Positions 8,450-18,427 of a stretch of DNA of 64,000 nucleotides are shown piece after piece. Within the stretch, counting starts at the first letter, position 1, and every line of letters begins with the position of its first letter. Origin of the DNA: Candidatus Gottesmanbacteria bacterium (GTDB lineage: Bacteria > Patescibacteriota > Microgenomatia > UBA10105 > UBA927); assembly GCA_963711735.1 (NCBI GenBank), contig CAVQFA010000003.1, positions 210,971-274,970 on the forward strand, in the 5' to 3' direction. The position numbers and the translations under genes were made by a program. The notes below the pieces were generated by a model that saw nothing but the letters and a program-made list of their open reading frames with translations, did no database searches and was not told the DNA's origin.

Positions 8450-8827
8450 ATGAACATATCAAATTACTTAGCGCAGTTGTGGGGAATCACTATTGTCGTA
8501 GTGTCTTTTGTTCTCCTCATAAAGCCCATACTTCTAAAAAGACTTTTTGCTGATGTGGAAAACGGCGCAATACTGTTTTTTTTGGGTATAGTTACATTTG
8601 CAACAGGCCTCGCAATGGTGCTCGTACATAATCTCTGGGTACCGGATTGGCGGGTGAGTATTACAATACTCGGATGGCTTACGTTGTTAAAAGGTCTGGA
8701 TCTTCTGTTTCTGCCGGAACGCATGAAAAAAAGATGGCCAATAATGAAAAATTGGCAGTGGCTCCTGATATTCACAATTTTACTTTTAAGCGGTTTGGTT
8801 CTTACCTATTTGGGATTTACTGCATAA
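8450..8827 (+). CDS. membrane protein, paralog 1 of tandem pair
   Basis: 125 aa; shares ...HN(L/I)WV(P/V)DWRV(S/A)ITILGW(L/V)TLLKG... with the 9145-9519 product. Confidence 0.5.
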   Translation: MNISNYLAQLWGITIVVVSFVLLIKPILLKRLFADVENGAILFFLGIVTFATGLAMVLVHNLWVPDWRVSITILGWLTLLKGLDLLFLPERMKKRWPIMKNWQWLLIFTILLLSGLVLTYLGFTA

Positions 8828-8945
8828 TCGCATTTCACCTGCCCGGATTCAAATTCCTACTCTTTTTTGTATTTCAGGAGTTTAAAATATATAGGCTTGC
8901 TTCGTTTAAATTGTTATCGGCAGGATCGTATAGTATAGTAATACT

Positions 8946-9140
8946 ATGAACATTCCAAAGTTTATTATCGGGATTTTACTGATTATTCCCGGCGCTTTTA
9001 TGATTGCGGACGGAGTAATGATGATGCTTGGTAATAACCAGATTTTCTTTGATGGGGTAAACTACAAATTTGAATTTGTGGTGGGTTACGCCCTGATTAT
9101 TCTCGGTGCTTCAAATATAGATTCCAAAAAGGGTAGTTAA
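8946..9140 (+). CDS. small membrane protein (2 TM)
   Basis: 64-aa hydrophobic ORF between the two paralogs. Confidence 0.3.
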   Translation: MNIPKFIIGILLIIPGAFMIADGVMMMLGNNQIFFDGVNYKFEFVVGYALIILGASNIDSKKGS

Positions 9141-9144
9141 TGAT

Positions 9145-9519
9145 ATGGAAATTTCGATCTATCTCGCAAAGTTTTGGGGCAGCCTGTTCATAATTCTTGG
9201 CCTCATGTCCATCGGGGCAAAAATGCTGGGGAGAATTATAGAATATACGGAAGACAAAACCATTACCATCTCAACGGGATATATAACCTTCCTTTTGGGA
9301 TTAATTACCGTGACGCTCCACAATATTTGGGTTGTTGATTGGAGAGTGGCTATCACTATTTTAGGGTGGGTCACATTATTAAAGGGAATTGAAAAAATCG
9401 GATTTCCTGATCGCGTTCATAAAAAAGCCGGGATGTTTAAAGGCGGGCAGATGGTTTGGGGATTCGTGATTTTTCTGATCGGCGCATTTTATTTCTGGAT
9501 AAGTCTGATACTCCGATAA
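9145..9519 (+). CDS. membrane protein, paralog 2 of tandem pair
   Basis: 124 aa, ~40% identical to the 8450-8827 product by eye. Confidence 0.5.
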   Translation: MEISIYLAKFWGSLFIILGLMSIGAKMLGRIIEYTEDKTITISTGYITFLLGLITVTLHNIWVVDWRVAITILGWVTLLKGIEKIGFPDRVHKKAGMFKGGQMVWGFVIFLIGAFYFWISLILR

Positions 9520-9581
9520 AATTTTTCTAAACATTCCGTAACTACAGACCAGGAAATTTAAGCGATTTATAATTGATTCTG

Positions 9582-9602
9582 ACATCGTGTATCCCGCGGA
9601 GC
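9582..9602 (+). repeat. motif A partial copy (3' two-thirds only)
   Basis: acatcgtgtatcccgcggagc, downstream of the 9145-9519 gene. Confidence 0.4.
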
Positions 9603-9621
9603 CGAATATCATTGGCTGACT

Positions 9622-9840
9622 TTACCCTCCGGATTTGAGGTCGTGTTCCACTCTGACAGTGAGGTTCGATTTAATACCGGACAGTGCCGGTAAAAGATGG
9701 TTCAGGACCTGTTCAGCGGTCATCCTGAATGTCCTGTTGCGCGCCGATATCTTTAACCATCCGTCCTTATCGCGGAAATAGCGTTCCGTAAAGTTTTTCG
9801 TTCCGATAAAAATAGTATAGCTGTCATTGGTAAATTTCAT
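9622..9840 (-). CDS. hypothetical small protein (72 aa)
   Basis: ORF preceded on its strand by TATATGTTAAAAT (9848-9860), the same leaderless-type promoter block as TrmB. Confidence 0.4.
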   Translation of the reverse strand: MKFTNDSYTIFIGTKNFTERYFRDKDGWLKISARNRTFRMTAEQVLNHLLPALSGIKSNLTVRVEHDLKSGG

Positions 9841-9941
9841 TATTACGATTTTAACATATACGTTCTCACTTCATTCACGAGGGGAGCAAATAAATTATAT
9901 GCTGTTACAACAATCCGTTTTGTATGTGATAAAATTGAATA

Positions 9942-10253
9942 TTGATGACAATCCCAAGAAACATTAACCTATCGATAAATTATCAGGAAGGCTCCGTTGT
10001 CAGTAAAGAGATAGTAAATAAACCCACGGGCACAATTACTCTTTTTGCACTTGATAAAGGTCAGGGATTAAGCGAGCATACAGCTCCTTATGATGCATTA
10101 GTGGTGGTTACGGAAGGTTTAGCTGAAATAATCGTTTCAGGAGAAAAAAATGAAGTCAAAACCGGTGAAATGTTGCTTATACCTGTAAAAGCCCCACACT
10201 CCCTCAAAGCAACCCAATCATTCAAAATGATGTTAATTATGATGAAATCATAA
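9942..10253 (+). CDS. cupin-domain protein
   Basis: 103 aa; GLSEHTAPYDALVVVTEGLAEI ... MLLIPVKAPHSL typical small cupin barrel. Confidence 0.5.
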   Translation: MMTIPRNINLSINYQEGSVVSKEIVNKPTGTITLFALDKGQGLSEHTAPYDALVVVTEGLAEIIVSGEKNEVKTGEMLLIPVKAPHSLKATQSFKMMLIMMKS

Positions 10254-10264
10254 GGAGGATATTT

Positions 10265-10810
10265 ATGAAAAAACCAACTCAGGATTTAAATGAAGAGCAC
10301 GGCGGTATCATGCTCATGCTTAACATTATGGGAAAAGTTGCCCGGAAACTGAGAAACGGAGAAGATGTCCCGAAAGAGCACCTCGGGAAAATCGTTGAAT
10401 TTTTACGGAACTTTGCAGATAAATGCCATCACGGGAAAGAAGAAGATATATTGTTTCCTGAACTTGTTAAAGACCCATCTAACACGAAAACCGTCAACGA
10501 ATTATTAGGTGAGCACAAAACCGGCCGGGATTATATCCGCGGAATAGCTGATTCCGTTGAAAAATATGAGAAAGGCAATTCCGACGCTTTTCACATAGCC
10601 GTAAACGCAGAAGGATACATCCGGCTACTGACAGAACATATCAAAAAAGAAAACATCAACCTTTTTCCGAAAGCCGATAAGGAACTTTCCGAAAAACAGC
10701 AGGATAATATAGCTGAACGTTTTGAAATATTGGAAAAAGATGTTATCGGAGAGGGGAAGCATGAGGAATATCACGGATGGCTGAAAGAATTAAAACAGAT
10801 TTATACATAA
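10265..10810 (+). CDS. hemerythrin-like HHE cation-binding domain protein
   Basis: 181 aa; EEHGGIMLML...CHHGKEEDILFPEL...GEHKTGRDYIRGI...TEHIKKENINLFP, a His/Glu ligand pattern. AAGGAGG RBS. Confidence 0.6.
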   Translation: MKKPTQDLNEEHGGIMLMLNIMGKVARKLRNGEDVPKEHLGKIVEFLRNFADKCHHGKEEDILFPELVKDPSNTKTVNELLGEHKTGRDYIRGIADSVEKYEKGNSDAFHIAVNAEGYIRLLTEHIKKENINLFPKADKELSEKQQDNIAERFEILEKDVIGEGKHEEYHGWLKELKQIYT

Positions 10811-10892
10811 AATAAGGTTTTTTGATTTAGATATATTACATATACCGATAATTTGCATTACCGGGATGAGAAGCGTATATTTAAGGCGGAAT

Positions 10893-11414
10893 ATGGAAAA
10901 TGAAAATAAAAAACAGGGGAATGATTCCGAAAGCACGAAGGGTGTTTCAACAGCTACAAAATTGAGATATAGCCACAAATTCCGGTTATGGTTTATCGGA
11001 ATTCTTCTGGTAATTGTAGCAATTCTTTTTATATTTTTTGCAAAACTCAGAGTAGCACTGGTTATCGCATTTATAGCACTCCTTGCAGCATTCGGCCTGG
11101 AAGCAACAAAGAATGACTTTGATCTGAAAAAACTTATAGAAACAAAATCATTCCAGGATTCCAAGGTTGCCCGGGATGAACTGGGAAACGTTAAGACAAA
11201 CGATTTAGGCCAGATTTTATTTGATAAGCTTGGAAATGTGACAACAGACAAAACCACCGGGAAAAAAGCAGATGAGTACAATTGTGATGATTTTAAAACT
11301 CAACCGGAAGCCCAGGCATTTTTCCTGAAAGTCGGAGGCGTAGGAAATGATGTGAACCGCCTCGACGGTAATAAAGACGGTGTTGCGTGTCAGAGTTTAC
11401 CCAGAGGGAAGTAA
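10893..11414 (+). CDS. membrane-anchored Excalibur calcium-binding domain protein
   Basis: C-terminal CDDFKTQPEAQAFF...DGNKDGVACQSL matches the Excalibur (DxDxDGxxCE-like) domain; N-terminal TM anchor. Start chosen at MENENKK, which has an RBS. Confidence 0.55.
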   Translation: MENENKKQGNDSESTKGVSTATKLRYSHKFRLWFIGILLVIVAILFIFFAKLRVALVIAFIALLAAFGLEATKNDFDLKKLIETKSFQDSKVARDELGNVKTNDLGQILFDKLGNVTTDKTTGKKADEYNCDDFKTQPEAQAFFLKVGGVGNDVNRLDGNKDGVACQSLPRGK

Positions 11415-11535
11415 AATACTCCTATTCGTTTTTTTCCGACAAAGACGTTCCCACATTATTCTCATGCAGGTTTTTTTATAATAAACGAAAATTAATGCAC
11501 AGAAACCGTTAAAGCACGGAGAAAGGATTTCCTGT

Positions 11536-12057
11536 ATGAAAAGTTCACCCGGGGATATTATTTATGAACGCATCCTGGATGCGCCACGGGAACGTGTTTG
11601 GAAAGCGTGGACAGATCCGGAGATGATTAAAAAATGGTGGGGCCCCAAAAACTTTACCGCACCGGAGGTGTACGTAGATTTGCGCAAAGGAGGCTCTTAC
11701 CTCTATTGTATGCGCGGATCACCGGCTCCCGGTGCACCTGTCCGGGATTTCTGGAGTGCCGGTTCCTATCGTGAGATAGTGCCGATGGAAAAGTTGGTTG
11801 TAACGGATACGTTTTCTGATGAACACGGCAATATAGTAGATCCCCTAAAATACGGAATGAGTAAAGACTATCCCAAGGAAGCGGTAGTCACCATACTGTT
11901 CGAAGACGTAAACGGAAAAACAAAACTATCCATTATATACGCCAAACCTTTATCTGACGCGGCGTATGAAGCGATGGTAAAAAGCGGGATGGATGAGGGA
12001 TGGAATCAGTCCCTGGATAAATTAGAAGATAGCTTATCAAATCCACAATCCATATAA
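11536..12057 (+). CDS. SRPBCC superfamily (Aha1/AHSA1-like) protein
   Basis: 173 aa; ERILDAPRERVWKAWTDPEMIKKWWGP signature. Confidence 0.6.
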   Translation: MKSSPGDIIYERILDAPRERVWKAWTDPEMIKKWWGPKNFTAPEVYVDLRKGGSYLYCMRGSPAPGAPVRDFWSAGSYREIVPMEKLVVTDTFSDEHGNIVDPLKYGMSKDYPKEAVVTILFEDVNGKTKLSIIYAKPLSDAAYEAMVKSGMDEGWNQSLDKLEDSLSNPQSI

Positions 12058-12084
12058 TACCAAGGGTATGAAAATACGGACAGT

Positions 12085-12441
12085 ATGAAATCATTTACCA
12101 GTGTTGAAGAATATATCAGAAGTGCACCCGGGGAAATTCAGGACAAGCTTAAAATTCTGAGAACCGTCATCAGGGAAACCATTCCGAAAGCTAAGGAAAA
12201 AATAAGCTACGGTATGCCGTATTACAGTTATAATGGGCGTCTTGCATATTTTCGGCTTCAAGCCAACCATATCGGTCTTTACATTCCACCTCCGGTTATA
12301 AGAGAACATAAAAAAGAGCTGCATAAGTACGGAACTTCAACGGCAACCGTCCGTTTCCCTCTGGACGACAAACTTCCGGTCGCGCTTATAAAAAAACTCG
12401 TTAAATCACGAATGAAAAAGAACGACGAAGCAAAACGGTGA
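12085..12441 (+). CDS. DUF1801 (YdhG-like) domain protein
   Basis: 118 aa; ISYGMPYYSYNGRLAYFRLQANHIGLY. Confidence 0.5.
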   Translation: MKSFTSVEEYIRSAPGEIQDKLKILRTVIRETIPKAKEKISYGMPYYSYNGRLAYFRLQANHIGLYIPPPVIREHKKELHKYGTSTATVRFPLDDKLPVALIKKLVKSRMKKNDEAKR

Positions 12442-12502
12442 TTTTAGGTGAAGCATATTTTCTCATCTTATTCTCATAATATTTATCGTATTATCCGCTC
12501 AT

Positions 12503-12991
12503 ATGGATAATACAGATAATTCAAACAACAGTACAAATTCAGGTAATTACGGAAAAAGGCCACTCTGGCAATGGATCGCTATATATGCCGTCATTGCCGT
12601 GGTCGTATACGGACTCGTGTATTACTTTATCCTTGCAAGAGGCAGCGGGTCTACTTCCGGTCAGGTAACTCAAAGTCCACCGGCAATTTCACAATCGGTT
12701 ACACCCGGGTCAACCCGGCAATCCGAAAATGCCGTTTCCCTGACTGCTGAAGGATTTTCACCGTCAACACTCACGATAAAGGCAGGTTCAACGGTGACGT
12801 GGACAAATAATAGCGGCAGCGATGCGACGGTTAACTCAGATCCTCACCCAATTCATACCAATTACCCTCCTCTCAATTTAGGGAGCTTCTCTGACGGAGG
12901 AACACTCTCACTGGTTTTTGATAAAGCGGGGACATACGGTTACCACAACCACCTCAACCCAAGTCAAAAAGGAACGGTTATTGTACAGTAA
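12503..12991 (+). CDS. membrane-anchored cupredoxin-like domain protein
   Basis: 162 aa; TM anchor then TIKAGSTVTWTNNSG...GTYGYHNHLNP...GTVIV, the plastocyanin/EfeO-like beta-sandwich pattern. TATTAT lies 8 nt before the ATG. Confidence 0.5.
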   Translation: MDNTDNSNNSTNSGNYGKRPLWQWIAIYAVIAVVVYGLVYYFILARGSGSTSGQVTQSPPAISQSVTPGSTRQSENAVSLTAEGFSPSTLTIKAGSTVTWTNNSGSDATVNSDPHPIHTNYPPLNLGSFSDGGTLSLVFDKAGTYGYHNHLNPSQKGTVIVQ

Positions 12992-13035
12992 ATAGCGGCT
13001 GCTTTTTTCTTGACTTGGTTTTGTATAATAACCGT

Positions 13036-13449
13036 ATGTGGACATGCTCTACGTGCGGCAGAATATTCCAAAAAACAAACCAACCTCACAGTTGTCATAC
13101 GGTTCCCTTAGAACAACACTTCAAAAATAAAGAATACGCAAAAGAAATATTTGAATACCTGGTAAAAGAAATTAACGGAAAGGTCGGTAAAAGCAGGATA
13201 ATATCTCTTCCCTGCTGTATTCATTTGTTCGGAAAATATGATTTTCTGGCTGTTTTACCCGGGAAAGACGGTTTGGAAATCAGGTTTTCACTGGATCGGA
13301 TACTGGATAGCTCCAGGTTAAAGCAAAGTGTTCCGGTATCATCGAAATTTTTTAAAAACTGTATTGATTTGCACACACAAGAAGAATTGGACCAAGAATG
13401 CATCGGTTGGTTAAAGCAGGCGTATTATCCGAAAGACAAACGAGTATAA
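13036..13449 (+). CDS. hypothetical Cys-rich protein (possible zinc ribbon N-terminus)
   Basis: CSTCGRIF...HSCH; TGTATAAT box ends 6 nt before the ATG at 13036. The ORF track starts at a TTG at 13015. Confidence 0.4.
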   Translation: MWTCSTCGRIFQKTNQPHSCHTVPLEQHFKNKEYAKEIFEYLVKEINGKVGKSRIISLPCCIHLFGKYDFLAVLPGKDGLEIRFSLDRILDSSRLKQSVPVSSKFFKNCIDLHTQEELDQECIGWLKQAYYPKDKRV

Positions 13450-13509
13450 TTTTTAATTCCTGTTTCTTATTTCCTCACACAAATTCCACGCATGTATGAT
13501 AAATGCTAA

Positions 13510-13890
13510 TTAATAAAAAACACGCTCTTTTCCGGACGGCACAAACCGTATGGATAAAGAATTGACACAATGTCTGACGTTCGTATGGGTGTAGTGCTCA
13601 TTTTCAAATACGTGTCCCAGATGGGCATTACAATGTGCACATACTATTTCCGTTCTCAGCTTGTCGGGATCCGGGATTCGGTTGACTGCATCGGGAAAAT
13701 TTTCATCGAAAGCCGGCCAACCGCACCCGGCATCGAATTTACTTTTTGATGAAAAAAGCGGGAAGTTGCACCGCCTGCAGATAAACACACCTCCTTTGAA
13801 GAAATTATCATATTCTCCGGTAAAAGGTGTTTCTGTGCCCTTACGTTCAATTATTCTTTTTTCATCGTCAGTTAACGGATTAAACCGCAT
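13510..13890 (-). CDS. msrB: peptide-methionine (R)-S-oxide reductase MsrB
   Basis: 126 aa; two CxxC pairs (CRRCNFPLF ... CAHCNAHLGHVF) and the GCGWPAF motif diagnostic of SelR/MsrB. Confidence 0.85.
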   Translation of the reverse strand: MRFNPLTDDEKRIIERKGTETPFTGEYDNFFKGGVFICRRCNFPLFSSKSKFDAGCGWPAFDENFPDAVNRIPDPDKLRTEIVCAHCNAHLGHVFENEHYTHTNVRHCVNSLSIRFVPSGKERVFY

Positions 13891-13943
13891 ACGATGTGAT
13901 GTATATCATTTTTTGCATGAGACTGAGCTGAGTCTGTTTATTT

Positions 13944-15485
13944 TTATACAAAACCGGGAAAAAAGTCGGTTTTAATTCTCCCTTTATTGACCCCGAGACT
14001 TTTCAGCAGATTTTCCGTGGCAGATACCATAGCGTGAGGACCGGAAATATAAAACATTCTTTGTTGATAATCAGGAACTAAGTGCGGGATGTTATGTATA
14101 TCAAAATGTCCGGACACACTGGTTAGGTGATATACCACTCTGAGACCTATTTGAGACCCGGCTTGGGTAAATAAATCACGGTAAACAATTTCGGATGCAT
14201 TTTTATTGGAGTATAGGAGTATCATATCTCGTTTTTGATTTGAGTCTAACAGGTATTTGATCATGCTTCGGAATGGTGTGATACCGATTCCACCGGCAAT
14301 AAACACGATTTTTTCCCTTGGATTTTCGGGAAGAGTGAAATCTCCCGACAATTGAGATGCAATAATTGTAGGAGCATCAACAGACCGAAGCGCTTTTTTG
14401 TAACTGCTGCTGTTTGGAGGGAATTTTATGGTAATCCGGAGTTCCTTTTCCGTCGGTGAAGAAGCGAGAGTAAAATACCGGCGGGTACCACGACTATCGG
14501 AATTACGGTGTGCAAGAGTCCATTCCATATATTGTCCCGGGAGGTAAAAAGTTTTTTTACCCGGTGAAAAAATAAAATCAAACGTGTCAGGAGCAATTTG
14601 TATTTTTTGTTTCAGCCGTAACATCAGTTTTTGTTTCGGACTTACAATATAAGAAAAGATATTACCGATAACGAGTGCTTGTTCCGGTGTAAAGTATAAC
14701 GTTCCGATATGGATCTGGGGAACAAAAAGAAATCCTACCAAGGAACCAAATACAAATTGGAGATTTTTACTGGTTGGGTTGGTTAGCGGTTCAGTCAGCA
14801 TAATACCGGCAAAGAAAAGGAGCGGAGAACTGAGGATGAGGTTATTTATGATAAGAAAAAGGTTATTTCCGCGTAAAAGTCCGAAACCCAAAGAGAGAAA
14901 GAAGACCATAAAGAGGAAACCGTTGACCATATCCTGACGACGAATTTTTCTGATAATCAGAAGTGATCCGATGGCAACAGGGAGAGCCATATAGGCAGTA
15001 CCAATCCACCAGGAGGCAGAAGCATTTAAACCAAGAGCACTCAAAACTACTGCAATTGCGGCAGGATTAAACAGGTGTTTATTCCCTATTGCCAGGATAT
15101 ATTTTGACGCGGTGGCAAGCAATGCAACCCAAAAAAGGAAACTTAAACCACCAGGAGAACTCACCGGGGTCACTATAAGTCCTAAGATAAGCGAGGTGAT
15201 GTAAACCGATTCGACATTCGTGGGAGCATGAAATACTTTGGCAAACACGTCATTGCTGATTTTACATACAAGGAGAATAAACCCTATGGAAAAAAGAAGC
15301 GCAACCGGGCTGAAGGGCAACAAATTGAAACTGGCGAGCACAACCGCAATACCGGAAAAGAAGATGAGAACATTCAGAACCAACCGGTACATGGTGATCT
15401 GATTTAGAAAACTATCGATGGCATCAGTTATTTTTGACCACATACTTCTCAAAGCCGGGGGTAAACGTTGCAATTCCTTTATCAT
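13944..15485 (-). CDS. RnfD/NqrB-like membrane domain fused to C-terminal FNR-like FAD/NAD(P)-binding oxidoreductase domain
   Basis: 513 aa; N-terminal polytopic region with the HLFNPAA motif of the NQR2/RnfD/RnfE family. C-terminal RRYFTLASSP (FAD) and FIAGGIGITPF (NAD) ferredoxin-reductase motifs. The true start may be an internal Met, since the ORF overlaps ApbE by 20-60 nt. Confidence 0.6.
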   Translation of the reverse strand: MIKELQRLPPALRSMWSKITDAIDSFLNQITMYRLVLNVLIFFSGIAVVLASFNLLPFSPVALLFSIGFILLVCKISNDVFAKVFHAPTNVESVYITSLILGLIVTPVSSPGGLSFLFWVALLATASKYILAIGNKHLFNPAAIAVVLSALGLNASASWWIGTAYMALPVAIGSLLIIRKIRRQDMVNGFLFMVFFLSLGFGLLRGNNLFLIINNLILSSPLLFFAGIMLTEPLTNPTSKNLQFVFGSLVGFLFVPQIHIGTLYFTPEQALVIGNIFSYIVSPKQKLMLRLKQKIQIAPDTFDFIFSPGKKTFYLPGQYMEWTLAHRNSDSRGTRRYFTLASSPTEKELRITIKFPPNSSSYKKALRSVDAPTIIASQLSGDFTLPENPREKIVFIAGGIGITPFRSMIKYLLDSNQKRDMILLYSNKNASEIVYRDLFTQAGSQIGLRVVYHLTSVSGHFDIHNIPHLVPDYQQRMFYISGPHAMVSATENLLKSLGVNKGRIKTDFFPGFV

Positions 15486-16176
15486 CTATAGAGTATGCAT
15501 CAAATCCCCTGAGGGATGCAATAAACCCAACGCCTTTTTCTCTCATGGCAAAAGCAGCTGTTGCAAAACGGTCGGCTTCAAAAACATTCGGACCGATAAC
15601 TGTTAGGCTTACAATTTCATTAATCGGCGTATGAGGATGAAAAGGATCATAAATATGCTGACCGCGAACGGACGTTCCGGATGTGGCAATTCCCTGGTTT
15701 CCTATAGTTACAATTTTGATATTCTGATATCGGTTAAACGGACTCCGAATACCGATTACCCATGGTTTCTGTTGTGAGTTATATCCTTTTACCTGTATAT
15801 CACCTCCGGCATCAACGTAGTAATCGGTAAATCCCATTCTATCAATACGTTTTGTGGCGTTGTATATTGCATAACCTTTTACTATCCCGGAAGGATCAGT
15901 AAAACCGTCAGGACGGCAAATATTAAAATAGCCGTGCGTACGTATCTTTGTCTCTTCGGCCTTTTTCATTACGTATTTCATTTGGGGACTTAACCCGGCA
16001 TGTGTGATTTTTCCGCGGTTAAAAAGAGAAATTTCGCTGTTTTTTTTATACGTACTGAATTGAGCATCTATAGCTTTGAAATAATCAAAAATTTTATCTA
16101 TATCAGTCCCGGAAACCCGGGAGCTGGTAATCTCGACAGTAATCGGCATGCCCATTAACAGACGTTGCTGTTTCAT
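15424..16176 (-). CDS. apbE: FAD:protein FMN transferase (ApbE family)
   Basis: 250 aa; MGMPITVEI...FSTYKKNSEISLFNRG...GIATSGTSVRGQHIYDP typical ApbE. Confidence 0.8.
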   Translation of the reverse strand: MKQQRLLMGMPITVEITSSRVSGTDIDKIFDYFKAIDAQFSTYKKNSEISLFNRGKITHAGLSPQMKYVMKKAEETKIRTHGYFNICRPDGFTDPSGIVKGYAIYNATKRIDRMGFTDYYVDAGGDIQVKGYNSQQKPWVIGIRSPFNRYQNIKIVTIGNQGIATSGTSVRGQHIYDPFHPHTPINEIVSLTVIGPNVFEADRFATAAFAMREKGVGFIASLRGFDAYSIDDKGIATFTPGFEKYVVKNN

Positions 16177-16181
16177 ACGCT

Positions 16182-16631
16182 TTATTTTTTTGCTTTATCC
16201 AGTGCAGACTGCAGGGAATTTACAAAAGCCCGGCTTGTATCAGTCGCTCCGGAGACAATATCAACAGAAGCATTTTGAATCTGAATAGCTTCGGACTGAA
16301 GAACCGGTAATGCATATGTGTTGATCGCAATGGAGCGGTTGCGGTCGTTGGGATACTGAAGGATTGTAATGTCAGCTAATTTTCCGTTTTGAATAACCGC
16401 AGCAACCTGTATATTCCCATAATAAGCGTCAGCAACATCTCCGTTATACGTACCATTGTTATACCCTGTAGATGTCGTGGGATTAGGAATAGTCGTTATG
16501 TTGTTGCCGGAATCGGGATTGAGTGTGGGTGCTGGGTTAGATACCGGGGAAGAAACGGAATCTTTACGTGTGACAAAACTGTAAAAGAGAAATGAAAGAA
16601 TAACTACAGCAGAAAGAATATATTTTTTCAT
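16182..16631 (-). CDS. membrane-anchored FMN-binding domain protein (likely ApbE substrate)
   Basis: 149 aa; signal-anchor plus FMN_bind motif ...VDIVSGATDTSRAF (flavinylated Thr in the S/TGAT context). Confidence 0.65.
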   Translation of the reverse strand: MKKYILSAVVILSFLFYSFVTRKDSVSSPVSNPAPTLNPDSGNNITTIPNPTTSTGYNNGTYNGDVADAYYGNIQVAAVIQNGKLADITILQYPNDRNRSIAINTYALPVLQSEAIQIQNASVDIVSGATDTSRAFVNSLQSALDKAKK

Positions 16632-16772
16632 AATTATTGAGATAACTGATGTAAAGTCTAATAGAGCAGCCTGAATTTAAACTGAAATATACCTGTGAAA
16701 CATGCTTATGTATACCCTGGGGAAAATAAACCCTTTTTCATCAGCTAATATTCAGAAAACAACTGGTACACT

Positions 16773-17849
16773 ATGAATACCTTGAAAAGACGTGTGTATA
16801 TTATTTTTATTTTTGCTGTGTGTGTTGCCGTTGGAGCTATTGCCTATGCCCGAATGCCGCGAAATACGAAATTCACACAAAGAAATTCCTCTGCTGAATC
16901 AATAAATTACGGTGGACCGGCGAATGAACCCAATACTCTATCAATTGCATACATGCGTACGCAGGAATACCCGGGAAGCGACATTGTTATAGAACAAACC
17001 TTACCTGACGGTTCAAACTACAGCAGATACATCGCATCGTACAAGTCTGATGGATTAAAGATTTATGCACTGTTAACCGTTCCGCAAGGGAGTCCGCCAT
17101 CCGGCGGCTGGCCGGTAATCATATTTAATCATGGCTATATTCCCCCTGAACAATACAGGACAACAGAAAGATACCTTGCATATACCGACGCATTCTCGAG
17201 AAACGGGTATATAGTTTTTAAATCCGATTACCGGGGACACGGCAATTCTGAAGGGGAGCCTGATTATCCCGAATATTCACCATCCTACACAATCGATATT
17301 CTTAATGCTATTTCTTCAATTAAAAGATATAAAGGAGCTGATCCGAATAGAATCGGCATGTGGGGCCATTCAATGGGCGGAACAATTACATTCAGATCTT
17401 TAGTTGTTTCAAAAGATATCAAAGCAGCAGAAATCTGGGCAGGCGTTGTCGGGACATTCCGGGACCTTGCTGAGAATCATCACGGGAGATATACCAACAG
17501 ACCTCACCCGTCACCACAACCGGGAGAACCCACTAGACGTCCTGACAGAAGGGCACTCATGGCTCAACAATACGGAGATATAAATACAAACCCGCAGTTT
17601 TGGGCGTCAATTGACCCGATGACCTACATCAAGGATATTATTGCTCCAATTCAGATACAGCATGGTACAGAAGACGAGGAAGTACCGTATGTTTTAAGCC
17701 AAAAACTGGATACGGCATTAAAAAATGCCGGTAAAACGGTTACATTTTATTCGTATGAAAGGGATAACCACAATCTCTCAGACAATCTGAATACGGCTTT
17801 GGATCGTTCAGTAGAGTTTTTTGACAAGTATTTGAAAAACGGAAACTGA
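16773..17849 (+). CDS. alpha/beta-hydrolase, prolyl oligopeptidase (S9) family, secreted; paralog 1
   Basis: 358 aa; signal peptide, GHSMGG nucleophile elbow. ~60% identical to the 21958-23028 product. Confidence 0.65.
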   Translation: MNTLKRRVYIIFIFAVCVAVGAIAYARMPRNTKFTQRNSSAESINYGGPANEPNTLSIAYMRTQEYPGSDIVIEQTLPDGSNYSRYIASYKSDGLKIYALLTVPQGSPPSGGWPVIIFNHGYIPPEQYRTTERYLAYTDAFSRNGYIVFKSDYRGHGNSEGEPDYPEYSPSYTIDILNAISSIKRYKGADPNRIGMWGHSMGGTITFRSLVVSKDIKAAEIWAGVVGTFRDLAENHHGRYTNRPHPSPQPGEPTRRPDRRALMAQQYGDINTNPQFWASIDPMTYIKDIIAPIQIQHGTEDEEVPYVLSQKLDTALKNAGKTVTFYSYERDNHNLSDNLNTALDRSVEFFDKYLKNGN

Positions 17850-17910
17850 TTGCATATGCTCGCGAGACTCAGCTTGCCATCCGGATAAAATATTTATATA
17901 CTGCAGTCGT

Positions 17911-18321
17911 ATGCTGCAGGGATTTAAGCAATTTATATTGAAAGGTAATGTCGTCGATCTGGCTGTGGGCATTGTCATAGGTGTTGCGTTCGGGAATGTC
18001 GTATCGGCACTCGTTAAGGATCTCATAACACCGTTTATCGCCGCAATCGGCGGAAATCCCAATTTTTCCTCGATATATTTTACGATCAACAGGAGCAAAT
18101 TCATGATAGGGGATTTTCTGAACGCTTTGATATCATTTCTGATCAATGCGGCCGTTATGTATTTTTTTGTGGTTCTACCCATGAATAAGCTGATTTCCTT
18201 AACCAGGAAACAAAAACCGGTTGATCCGACGACCAAAAAATGCCCTGAATGTTTAAGCGTTATTCCCATTGATGCCAAACGATGTGCGTACTGCACCTCA
18301 GTCCAACATCCTTCGAAATAA
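17911..18321 (+). CDS. mscL: large-conductance mechanosensitive channel MscL with C-terminal zinc-ribbon
   Basis: 136 aa; FKQFILKGNVVDLAVGIVIGVAFGNVV canonical MscL TM1; C-terminal CPEC...CAYC. Confidence 0.85.
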   Translation: MLQGFKQFILKGNVVDLAVGIVIGVAFGNVVSALVKDLITPFIAAIGGNPNFSSIYFTINRSKFMIGDFLNALISFLINAAVMYFFVVLPMNKLISLTRKQKPVDPTTKKCPECLSVIPIDAKRCAYCTSVQHPSK

Positions 18322-18427
18322 ACTTCATAATCCGGATTTCAGACCTGTTGATATAAAAAATATTCATGTTACGGACACAAAGAACCTGTATATTGCAATA
18401 TATGCAATACATACAACTAATTGCTAA

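Noticed and set aside
3993-9602. Motif A copies as a CRISPR array
   Set aside because: Spacing is irregular (950, 1318, 3320 nt) with whole genes between copies. There are no cas genes and no short uniform spacers.
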